Assembly (NCBI GenBank): GCA_031414535.1
Contig: JANNVQ010000030.1
Span: forward strand, 1 to 64,000
DNA: 64,000 nucleotides
Direction: 5' to 3'
DNA from: Gemmatimonas sp.
Lineage (GTDB): Bacteria; Gemmatimonadota; Gemmatimonadetes; Gemmatimonadales; Gemmatimonadaceae
Positions within the stretch are counted from its first letter, which is position 1; each line of letters begins with the position of its first letter. Position numbers and translations under genes: made by a program. The notes beneath the pieces were generated by a model. It ran no database searches and had not been told where the DNA came from. It worked only from the letters and a program-made list of their open reading frames with translations. This document shows, one piece after another, positions 16,400 to 24,523 of the stretch.

Positions 16400-17830
16400 A
16401 TGAGCCGAATGCCGTTTCAATCGATTATTCGCGTCACCTTGCTGCTCGTTGCGGCAGGGTGTCAGACGGTAGACTCTCACGCACCGGCGTCGTTGCCCGC
16501 CACGCAAGCACTGAGCGCCGCGCTGGGCGAGCGGACTGCGGCACCCGGCGTGGTAAGCGCAGTCCTACGGGATGGTGTCGTGATGGAGGTGTTCGCGTGG
16601 GGCGGCGCGGACTGCGCGGGTGGCGGCGTGGCGGATGTGAATGCCGCGTATGAGATTGGCTCAATCTCTAAGCACGTAACCGCCGTCGCGCTGCTGGGCT
16701 TGTGGGAGCAAGGGCGCGTCAGTTTAGACGCTCCGGTCGGCGACTATCTAGACGACATCCCCGACGCTTGGCGGCCCGTCACGCTCCGCCAGCTCGCGAC
16801 GCACACGAGCGGCGTACCCGACTACGAAGAAGCGGGCGGTTACGGCATCTACGAAACCGAGCCGACGCGCGCACAGGTCTACGCGATTGTTGCCGCTCGT
16901 CCGCTCGACTTCGCACCCGGGACGCGTTGGTCGTACTCCAACACGGGGTATTTTCTCCTCAGCCTCGTTGTGGAACGCGTCTCAGGCGAACGTTTTGGCG
17001 ACTATCTGCGCGGACACTTGTTCGAACCGCAGGGGATGCACCACACGTTTATGGGCGGTTACGCGCCCGCTGGCGTGCGGTTGGCGCAAGGGTGCAGGCC
17101 GGGCGATAGCGAAGGCACCGCGCGCAGTGCCGTGCGACCGATTCACGAGTCGAGCACGTACGGAGCGGGCGGCATTTCCACGACCCTGCACGACTGGGCG
17201 TTGTGGGATGACGCGCTGTTCTCAGGACGCGTGCTCTCGACGCGCGCGATGGACGTGATGCTCACACCGCAGCGCCTGAGTGATGGATCCAGCAGTGGTT
17301 ACGGGTTTGGCCTCTTCCCCGATGAGTTTCGTGGTGCACGTCGCATCCGCCATGACGGCCAAACGCGAGGCTTTGTCGCGGACTATGCGCATTTCCCCGC
17401 TGAGGACGTGAGTATTGTGACATTCACTAACATGTACGGCGCGAACCCAAGCGGTGTCACGAGCTCGTTGGTTCTTCGCGCCATTCCGCAGCTCAGCTAC
17501 GACCAGATTGCTACTCCACCTGATCCCAATCCTGCACGGACGCTGGCAACCCGCCGTGCATTGCGTCAAGCGTTGCTGAACGAACAGCCTGCCGACCTCT
17601 TGAGCGACGATATGCGCGGTTTCGCGACCGGGGCGCAGTTCGCGGAAGCGCGCGCGCAGTTGCGCGTGTATGGTGAACATGCCGATGCGTTTGTGTATCT
17701 CCGGTCCGATCCGCCCAACGGCGACCGCGAGCGCCACATCTACAAGATCACCCTGGCCGGAGAGACGACGTACATCGCGTTCACGTGGCGCCAGGGTAAA
17801 GTCATCGGCATGCAGCGCATGGACGAATGA
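16400..17830 (+). CDS. Serine hydrolase, beta-lactamase-related family, lipoprotein
   Basis: GSISK, LATHTSG, YSNTGY and HDG motifs; lipobox AAGC. Confidence 0.88.
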   Translation: MSRMPFQSIIRVTLLLVAAGCQTVDSHAPASLPATQALSAALGERTAAPGVVSAVLRDGVVMEVFAWGGADCAGGGVADVNAAYEIGSISKHVTAVALLGLWEQGRVSLDAPVGDYLDDIPDAWRPVTLRQLATHTSGVPDYEEAGGYGIYETEPTRAQVYAIVAARPLDFAPGTRWSYSNTGYFLLSLVVERVSGERFGDYLRGHLFEPQGMHHTFMGGYAPAGVRLAQGCRPGDSEGTARSAVRPIHESSTYGAGGISTTLHDWALWDDALFSGRVLSTRAMDVMLTPQRLSDGSSSGYGFGLFPDEFRGARRIRHDGQTRGFVADYAHFPAEDVSIVTFTNMYGANPSGVTSSLVLRAIPQLSYDQIATPPDPNPARTLATRRALRQALLNEQPADLLSDDMRGFATGAQFAEARAQLRVYGEHADAFVYLRSDPPNGDRERHIYKITLAGETTYIAFTWRQGKVIGMQRMDE

Positions 17831-19785
17831 CTAGAGAGCGAATGTCCGGATTTCCACACGAAGGCACTGCTCCGAGAAGCCGTACCCAGCGTCTTCTCAG
17901 TGGAGTACCGGTGGCCCTCCTCGCCCTGCCCATTGCAGTGGCGGCGCTCAGCGCATGGGCTCCGCGCAGTGTACACGACAACGCCACGACCAACGATTAT
18001 CGCGAGATTGCCGGCGCACTGCGCAACGGCGAGTACACGCTTGCGCTCGAGCTACGACGTACGACCTGGCGCCCCAACGCACCACGCGCACTCGACGTTG
18101 ACGTCTTCGCCTTTGCTGAGGCGGCGCGGCCAGCGTCCGTGCCTGGACCTCTCATCCGTGTGCCGTCTGGCACACGGATGCGCATCAGCATCCGGAACAA
18201 CCTGGCCGAGCGTGCGACGGTGCACGGACTGCACAATCACGAGGGAGCACGCGATTCCGTCGTCCTTGGCCCCGGCGAGTCGCGCGAGTTGCGCTTCGTG
18301 GCGCGCCGTGTTGGAACCTTCGCCTACTTTGCTCGCACGAGCGCGGCGCCGACGCTCCTGAGCCGACGCGACGACTCACAGCTCGTAGCCGCGTTCATCG
18401 TGGACTCGGTTGGTACAGACTCGCGACGTGCGAATGCGAGCGAACGACTCCTCGTCATCACGGCCTGGGATGACTCGTTGCCGAATCCCGCTTCGCCGTA
18501 TGGCCCGCGGCAGGTCTACGCTATCAACGGCCAATCATGGCCGTATACCGAGCGGCTCACGTACGACCAAGGCGACTCGGTACGCTGGCGCGTCCTGAAT
18601 CTCAGCCAACATACACATCCGATGCACCTGCACGGCACGTATTTCCGTGTGCTCGCACGGGGTACGCCGTTTGCAGACAGTGCGTTTGGCGCGGCGGCGC
18701 GGTTAGTAGTGACGGAAGTGCTGACTCCAGGCGAAACGATGACCATGGTCTGGAGTGCCGAGCGCGCTGGAAATTGGCTGTTCCACTGCCATACCATCAA
18801 CCACATTGACGAGGCACTGCGACTCGGCGACGCCGCCACGGCGTCAGGCGCACACACGGACCACGGTACGGTCACAGACGCAATGGCGGGGCTGGTGAGC
18901 GCCATCAGCGTTCGTCCTGGGACAGCGGCGGCGTCCACGCGCGCCACGGCCCCAGCGCGTCAGCTTCGACTATTCGTGACGGAGCGCGCGGCGCCAGGCA
19001 ATGGCAAGCCCTCACTCGCGTATGTACTCCAGCGCGACGCGCGCGAGCCTGCTCGCGATTCGATTGAGCTACCTGGTTCCACGCTCGACCTGCGACAAGA
19101 TGAACCAACCGCCATCACGGTCGTGAACCGCAGCCTACAGGCGACGGCGGTGCATTGGCACGGCATGGAGCTTGAGAGTTTCTATGATGGTGTCGCCGGT
19201 TGGAGCGGAGTCGGCGCGCGTGTGGCGCCAATCATCGCTCCGGGTGACTCGTTCGTTGTGCACATGACGCCGCCTCGCGCTGGCACGTTTATCTACCACA
19301 CGCACGCGGGAGAGCTGGCGCAGCTCACCGGAGGACTCTACGGCGCGATGATTGTGCGTGGGCGTGAGAGTCAGCCCGACCCGCTCGAGCGGATCATCGT
19401 GCTGGGTGACTCGACAACTGACTCCATCCGCGCTCGCGGGGCGCCGTCAATGATCAACGGCCGGCGTAACCCTGCGCCAATCGAACTTGTGGCCGGGGCG
19501 ACGCACCGACTGCGCCTCATCAACATTGGTGCGGTGAGTATCAAGAGGGTGCAGCTCCTCGCGGGCGATACCGTTTTGCGCTGGATGCCTGTGGCGAAGG
19601 ACGGCGCTGAGCTACTGATGGCTCAACGCGTGGAGTCCACGGCGAGTCAGTGGCTTGCTCCCGGAGAAACGATGGACGTACTCGTAACACCAGCGCGCGT
19701 GGGGACGCTGGTGCTTGAGGTACTTTCGACCTACGGGCCGCCGGTTACCACTCGCGTGCCGGTGCGCGTGCAGCCACATTGGTGA
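17827..19785 (+). CDS. Multicopper oxidase, atypical four-domain
   Basis: HPMHLHG, WLFHCHTINH, VHWHG and YHTH motifs. Confidence 0.88.
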   Translation: MTRERMSGFPHEGTAPRSRTQRLLSGVPVALLALPIAVAALSAWAPRSVHDNATTNDYREIAGALRNGEYTLALELRRTTWRPNAPRALDVDVFAFAEAARPASVPGPLIRVPSGTRMRISIRNNLAERATVHGLHNHEGARDSVVLGPGESRELRFVARRVGTFAYFARTSAAPTLLSRRDDSQLVAAFIVDSVGTDSRRANASERLLVITAWDDSLPNPASPYGPRQVYAINGQSWPYTERLTYDQGDSVRWRVLNLSQHTHPMHLHGTYFRVLARGTPFADSAFGAAARLVVTEVLTPGETMTMVWSAERAGNWLFHCHTINHIDEALRLGDAATASGAHTDHGTVTDAMAGLVSAISVRPGTAAASTRATAPARQLRLFVTERAAPGNGKPSLAYVLQRDAREPARDSIELPGSTLDLRQDEPTAITVVNRSLQATAVHWHGMELESFYDGVAGWSGVGARVAPIIAPGDSFVVHMTPPRAGTFIYHTHAGELAQLTGGLYGAMIVRGRESQPDPLERIIVLGDSTTDSIRARGAPSMINGRRNPAPIELVAGATHRLRLINIGAVSIKRVQLLAGDTVLRWMPVAKDGAELLMAQRVESTASQWLAPGETMDVLVTPARVGTLVLEVLSTYGPPVTTRVPVRVQPHW

Positions 19786-19814
19786 CACTTTCTTCCTATC
19801 TCCTCAATCGAGGT

Positions 19815-20690
19815 ATGCCCCTGAGTATCCGTCGTCCTTCTCTCGCTTTCCTTCTGATGCTCGCGGCCTTCGTCGGCTGTGAATCGTCACCGGTCGACCC
19901 GCGAGAAGCGACGGGAGAGAATGCGCGGTACCTAGATACTGTCTTCACCGCCACAACCACTCAGACGGGGATTCAGTACGGTGCGTCGGTGCCATTTGGT
20001 AGCACGAGCGCCTCGCCCCTGCTCCTTGACCTTTACGCACCTACCGGGGATACAACGAGCGCCCGCCCGGTACTGATTTGGATTCACGGTGGCGGATTCG
20101 TGTCGGGTACACGGACCGACGGGCAGATCCCACGGCTTGCGCGATCAATGGCACTGCGCGGCTACGTCAGCGTGTCCATCAGCTACCGACTTCGCTCGCC
20201 GTCCGCGTTCAATGCCGACCAGATGGGCGGGATACGTGACGCCGTCCACGATGCGCGGGCTGCGGTGCGCTGGGTGCGCGCAAACAGTACCGCGCGTCAA
20301 TTTGACCCGACTCGAATCGTCGTCATCGGGAGCTCCGCTGGCGCCATTACGAGTCTCTTTGCGGCTTACGACGATGCCTGGGGCGAGGGCGCGAGCGGTA
20401 GCCCGGGGTTCTCGTCGGCCTTCAACGCCGTCGTGGACTTTTGGGGAAGCCTCCCCGGTGCGGCCGACACCCTGATGCAGGCAGCTGAGCCACCATTGCT
20501 CATCTTTCACGGCACACTGGACGCCACGGTACCCTTTGCGGAAGCCCAAGAGTTGGTGGCGCGGGCTAGCCAAGTCAGCGTGAGCCACCGACTCGTGACC
20601 CTGACCGGGCAGGGCCACGCCGCATGGAACAACGTCCCGCTGTTTGAAAGCGAGCTGACTCCGTTTCTGTACCAGCAGCTGTTTCCCTGA
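19815..20690 (+). CDS. Alpha/beta hydrolase (esterase) lipoprotein
   Basis: HGGG, GSSAG, HGTLD and GH motifs; lipobox FVGC. Confidence 0.88.
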   Translation: MPLSIRRPSLAFLLMLAAFVGCESSPVDPREATGENARYLDTVFTATTTQTGIQYGASVPFGSTSASPLLLDLYAPTGDTTSARPVLIWIHGGGFVSGTRTDGQIPRLARSMALRGYVSVSISYRLRSPSAFNADQMGGIRDAVHDARAAVRWVRANSTARQFDPTRIVVIGSSAGAITSLFAAYDDAWGEGASGSPGFSSAFNAVVDFWGSLPGAADTLMQAAEPPLLIFHGTLDATVPFAEAQELVARASQVSVSHRLVTLTGQGHAAWNNVPLFESELTPFLYQQLFP

Positions 20691-20700
20691 CTGTAGCACA

Positions 20701-21051
20701 ATGCCGAGGCGCATCGTGCACAGCTTCACAATCTCGCTTGACGGATTCGGTGCTGGGCAAGTCAATTCCTGGCGTGGGTGGTGGGGGGAGAATCCTCCGT
20801 ATCACACACCAACATTCGTACTGACGCACCACGCGCGCGCGCCACTGGAAATGGAGGTCGGAGACGCGGCCACCATTCTGCGGCATCTGGATGCCGGCTT
20901 GAGTGACGAGATGCACCTAGCCCAGTCCCCACGCTTTCTCGGTGCCGGCGAGCCGATGTTCGCCGGCCTTGATCTTCTCAGCCTCGGATACCGCAACGTC
21001 AGTTGTACGTCGGACGACAAAGCGGTGTACTACCGCATCGCTCGCGGGTAG
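20701..21051 (+). pseudogene. Dihydrofolate reductase/RibD C-terminal family, internally deleted
   Basis: SFTISLDGFGAG, GWWGENPPYHTPTFVLTHH and DEMHLAQSP in only 116 aa; the usual GRxMF and GGG segments are absent. Confidence 0.7.
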
Positions 21052-21088
21052 GATTCAGCCAGCTTTCCTCGTTCCCGGAGCCAAGCGC

Positions 21089-21508
21089 GTGCATCGTCGA
21101 ACCGGAATCTCGCTCCTGTGGTGCTCGCTTCTCGCGGGATGCTATACCCCGCAGCTATTTCCAATAGCGCCTATTGTTGTGCGTCTGGCTGCGCCCACGG
21201 GTTTCACCATCACTCGCACAGCTAGTGCTGAGATGCCTGCTTCGTCATGCATGGTGGAACGCGCGCAGTTCGAAGTGACGGCACTTCGCGGCGACACTCT
21301 GTACTTCTCGAAGGCCACCGTGCTGCTGCAGAACATCGAAGCAGCGCCGTGTGCGCAACAGGGAGCGGGCTTCGTCGTCATCGCGAATAATCCGGAACTC
21401 CGGTCCGAACGGCTGGCGATAAATCGTATTCTGACCGGAGCCGGCGCCCTTAGCGTTCTACCGGCGCTGGTGATCATTGTCCTTCTGGTTCTCTTGACTG
21501 GCGGTTGA
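21089..21508 (+). CDS. Hypothetical lipoprotein with C-terminal TM (paralog A)
   Basis: GGAG before GTG; LAGC lipobox; aligns with the next ORF. Confidence 0.65.
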   Translation: MHRRTGISLLWCSLLAGCYTPQLFPIAPIVVRLAAPTGFTITRTASAEMPASSCMVERAQFEVTALRGDTLYFSKATVLLQNIEAAPCAQQGAGFVVIANNPELRSERLAINRILTGAGALSVLPALVIIVLLVLLTGG

Positions 21509-21509
21509 T

Positions 21510-21977
21510 ATGAATCCCTTCTCTAAACGCGGAGCCTTTCAGGTGTGGCGCCCGTTGGCCGCGCTCAGCGTTTTGTGCTCGCTGTTCACTTCGTGCTATA
21601 CGACGCATCGCTTTCCGGCGGCACCCATTCCTGTGCGACTTGCGTCGGCGAGCGGATTCCAACTGGTGCAGGCTGCAAGCGAAGTGAGCGTGGCATCGAG
21701 TTGCACGGTGCGACGAGCCGAGGTTGAGTTCGCGGCACTGAGCGGCGACACGCTGCACTTCTCGCGTGCGACGGTTCTCGCACAGCCGCCCGGTGCAGTA
21801 CCATGTGCAAGCTTGAACGCAGGCTTCGTTGTCCTTTCGGACCATCCGGAACTGCGCGCCGAGCGCCCGGAGGTGAACTCGGCGCTCACGTGGGTCGCCG
21901 CCATTTTCGTGGCGCTGCCGCTTGCGATCGGGGCGATCGTGGTGCTCGCCTGCCAACTGGCTCCTTGCTTTACCTGA
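21510..21977 (+). CDS. Hypothetical lipoprotein with C-terminal TM (paralog B)
   Basis: FTSC lipobox; shares CYT..FP.API.VRLA, ASSC.V, GDTL.FS.ATVL and GFVV....PELR with paralog A. Confidence 0.7.
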   Translation: MNPFSKRGAFQVWRPLAALSVLCSLFTSCYTTHRFPAAPIPVRLASASGFQLVQAASEVSVASSCTVRRAEVEFAALSGDTLHFSRATVLAQPPGAVPCASLNAGFVVLSDHPELRAERPEVNSALTWVAAIFVALPLAIGAIVVLACQLAPCFT

Positions 21978-22070
21978 GAGCGCAACGGAGGATGCAAATC
22001 AGTCCGTGTGCGAACCGCGTCGCCACCCGATAGCTTACAGAGAGCAATCGCACTCACGAGAGGATCACCA

Positions 22071-22235
22071 ATGGCGAAAAAGCACAGCCCCAAAGTCCCG
22101 AACTTCGGTTCGGCGCCCAAGCAAGTCGGCCAACGGAACGCCGTGACGCCCGCTCAGCCGGCGAAGCCTGCCTCTGGCCAGCAGTCCATGAAGCCGCGCG
22201 CGACCTCCGCGAAGTCCGGACATCGCGGGAAGTAG
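22071..22235 (+). CDS. Small basic protein (54 aa)
   Basis: GAGGA RBS; MAKKHSPKVPNF...KSGHRGK. Confidence 0.5.
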   Translation: MAKKHSPKVPNFGSAPKQVGQRNAVTPAQPAKPASGQQSMKPRATSAKSGHRGK

Positions 22236-22287
22236 CACAGCAGGAGTGTGCTGACGCGTCGCCAATCAATCAGCGACGCGCTGTGCA

Positions 22288-22641
22288 CTAGAGGCCGAAC
22301 ATCCCTCGGTTGTGCAGCAGCACCACGAGCGAACCCAGGCCAAGGCCAATAGACGGGAGCATCTTCCCAATGGGGTTCTTGACCTTGAGATGCATGATGA
22401 GCGCCGCGACCATGAAGAAGAGGATGACGGCAGCGCCGATCTCTTCAAGTTCGTTGATGGGTCCGAGCCCGAGCAGGAGAAACGCAGCGCTGAGCTTTGC
22501 CGCCCCTACAAAATCGCGTAAGCCGTCGGGCAGGCCAAACTTGGTAAAGTCCGCGAGCACGGCTGGGTAGCGGACGACCCAGACGTAAAACACCGACATC
22601 GCGATGAAAGTTTGCAGCAGGACCGCGGTGGTAGAGTTCAC
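22288..22641 (-). CDS. DoxX-like membrane protein
   Basis: DFTKFGLPD.LR.FVG..KL...MHLKVKNP..K.LPS; four TM segments. Confidence 0.75.
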   Translation of the reverse strand: MNSTTAVLLQTFIAMSVFYVWVVRYPAVLADFTKFGLPDGLRDFVGAAKLSAAFLLLGLGPINELEEIGAAVILFFMVAALIMHLKVKNPIGKMLPSIGLGLGSLVVLLHNRGMFGL

Positions 22642-22672
22642 GAAATTGTCCTTGCGAAGTGGTGGGCCTGCT

Positions 22673-24394
22673 TTACGGAACGCGAACGAGGCTCGGCGTA
22701 ACCGACTTGAACTGCGGCATTGCCTCGCCGACGTCTGCACCAATATACGTCGGATCGCTGACCACCCAGCGCTGTCCGGCGATAATGATGGCATCGCCGG
22801 CCACTTCCTCACGGAAGCGCACAGCCGTCGCCATGTGGCCCGGATAATGCAACCCCACGACCTCCAGTCCAGTGAGTTCGCGTACCAAGGCCGCAAACAG
22901 AATGGAGCGATCCTCACAGTCCGAGAACGGATACAGAAGCGTTTCGTCCACGCTTAAGGGCTTCTCACGCCCGAACTGCTCGCCGTCTGTCTTGTAGGCG
23001 AAGGCCGTTTGTACGAAGCGAATGAGGAAGTTCACCTGCTCGCGTTCACTGCGCCCCCGCAGCTTGCTACGCAAAGCGGGCAGAAGCGTCTCACGCGCGC
23101 TCGCAGACATCTGAATCCCAAACCACACATCCCACTCCACCTGCGGGAACCACTCGAGGTAGCGCACGGCGTTGCGATCCGCGCGAATGGTGATCGTGTG
23201 CGTGGAATCGCGATACTGCCAGCGCAGCGTGCGCGACTCCGGCGCCGCTCCGATGTTCGGCGTACGCGCGATTCGCATATCCATTTTGCGCGGCGCGCCC
23301 GGGACGTTGCCGTCGTAGGTGAAGAGCCGACCGATGCTCTCAGGAGAAGGCGCCTGGTCGAGCGATACCGCAAAGAAGCGCTCGTTGTTGAGCGTGAAGA
23401 AGCTGGTGCTGTAAATCATCACGGTACTCGGCACGAGTAGCACCACCGTCCCCACCGGGAGCGAGGGGCCCGTACCACCAGCGCCCACGTAACCTACGCG
23501 CGCATCCACATTGGACTTCAGCAGGAGATACCACGTCAGCAACTTCGCGCGGTTCTCATCACCAGCGAGCTCGCGCCCCAAGCGCAACACAAACTGCGCG
23601 TAGGCATAGTCATCAAGCGCGAGTGCTTCGGACCGCGCACGCAGATCTTCAGCGAGCACGCCCCAGTCAGCTTCAGCTAGGCCTTTGTAGAAGTCAGCAA
23701 TCGCAGGACCGGTGACCGGATTGGCGAGCTGAGGCAAGGGCGAGCGCGTGTAGCGGAGGGGAACCGGGCTCCCGAAGAACGGCACGCTCAGAGTTTGGGC
23801 TGGCGCAGCTGGTCGCGGCGCGGGGGCCGGCTCAGGCGCATCAGGTTGCTCCGTGGGGTCTGCTCCGGGAGGAACAGCGCCCGCGGGCAGTCGGCGCACA
23901 GTAGGCGGAATCAACGCGGTGGGCGCCGGCCGATTTCCGGGTGTGCCCGTCACGCGGCGCGGCGGCAAGGGTGGCAATGCCCGTACACGCACCACATCGC
24001 GCGGCGCTGTGGCCGGCGCTGCAGCTGGGGGCGTCGTCGCGGGCGTCGTCGCGGGCGTCGTAGCAGGACGTCCGCTCGGTGTGGCGGGACGTGCGGCCGG
24101 TGTGGGTGGGCGGCGCGGGACAGCCCGCGGCTTGGGCTCGGAGTATGAGCGCCCTGCCGCGTACACCTCGAAGGCACGCCACTCCTTATCAATGAAGTTC
24201 GCGAAGGCGCTGTCCTGCGCCGCCGCGAAGTTAGAAAACTTCCGCTCCTGTTCTTCGAGGTAACGGCGATACCGCTCCTCTTCGCTCTGCTGAGCGCCGA
24301 GCGAGGACTGAGGCAGCAGCGAGGCCAGTCCAAGGAGGAGAGCGACAGGCGCCACACGGCGCAACGAGATCCTAGGCGAGAACCACAGCGACAT
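22673..24394 (-). CDS. Secreted protein with transglutaminase-like C-terminal domain
   Basis: Signal peptide; Pro/Ala/Thr linker; SDCEDRSILF...YPGHMATAV...SDPTY (C-H-D). Confidence 0.7.
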   Translation of the reverse strand: MSLWFSPRISLRRVAPVALLLGLASLLPQSSLGAQQSEEERYRRYLEEQERKFSNFAAAQDSAFANFIDKEWRAFEVYAAGRSYSEPKPRAVPRRPPTPAARPATPSGRPATTPATTPATTPPAAAPATAPRDVVRVRALPPLPPRRVTGTPGNRPAPTALIPPTVRRLPAGAVPPGADPTEQPDAPEPAPAPRPAAPAQTLSVPFFGSPVPLRYTRSPLPQLANPVTGPAIADFYKGLAEADWGVLAEDLRARSEALALDDYAYAQFVLRLGRELAGDENRAKLLTWYLLLKSNVDARVGYVGAGGTGPSLPVGTVVLLVPSTVMIYSTSFFTLNNERFFAVSLDQAPSPESIGRLFTYDGNVPGAPRKMDMRIARTPNIGAAPESRTLRWQYRDSTHTITIRADRNAVRYLEWFPQVEWDVWFGIQMSASARETLLPALRSKLRGRSEREQVNFLIRFVQTAFAYKTDGEQFGREKPLSVDETLLYPFSDCEDRSILFAALVRELTGLEVVGLHYPGHMATAVRFREEVAGDAIIIAGQRWVVSDPTYIGADVGEAMPQFKSVTPSLVRVP

Positions 24395-24523
24395 AAAACT
24401 CCTCGGCGCAAATGCCTGACAATTATGATTTAAGTACACTCGCTAAGGAGCGGGCGCCGCGCAATCGCAGAGTGCTTCCAACAACGTGACAGAAGTCACG
24501 GCACAGCTGAACTCAGGGCACCC

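Noticed and set aside
16400..17830. Serine hydrolase as a second resistance gene
   Set aside because: It has HDG rather than KTG; this broad family is mostly esterases and peptidases; no attC is adjacent.
24485..24500. CRP-like palindrome CGTGA-N6-TCACG
   Set aside because: Single occurrence with no convincing promoter geometry.
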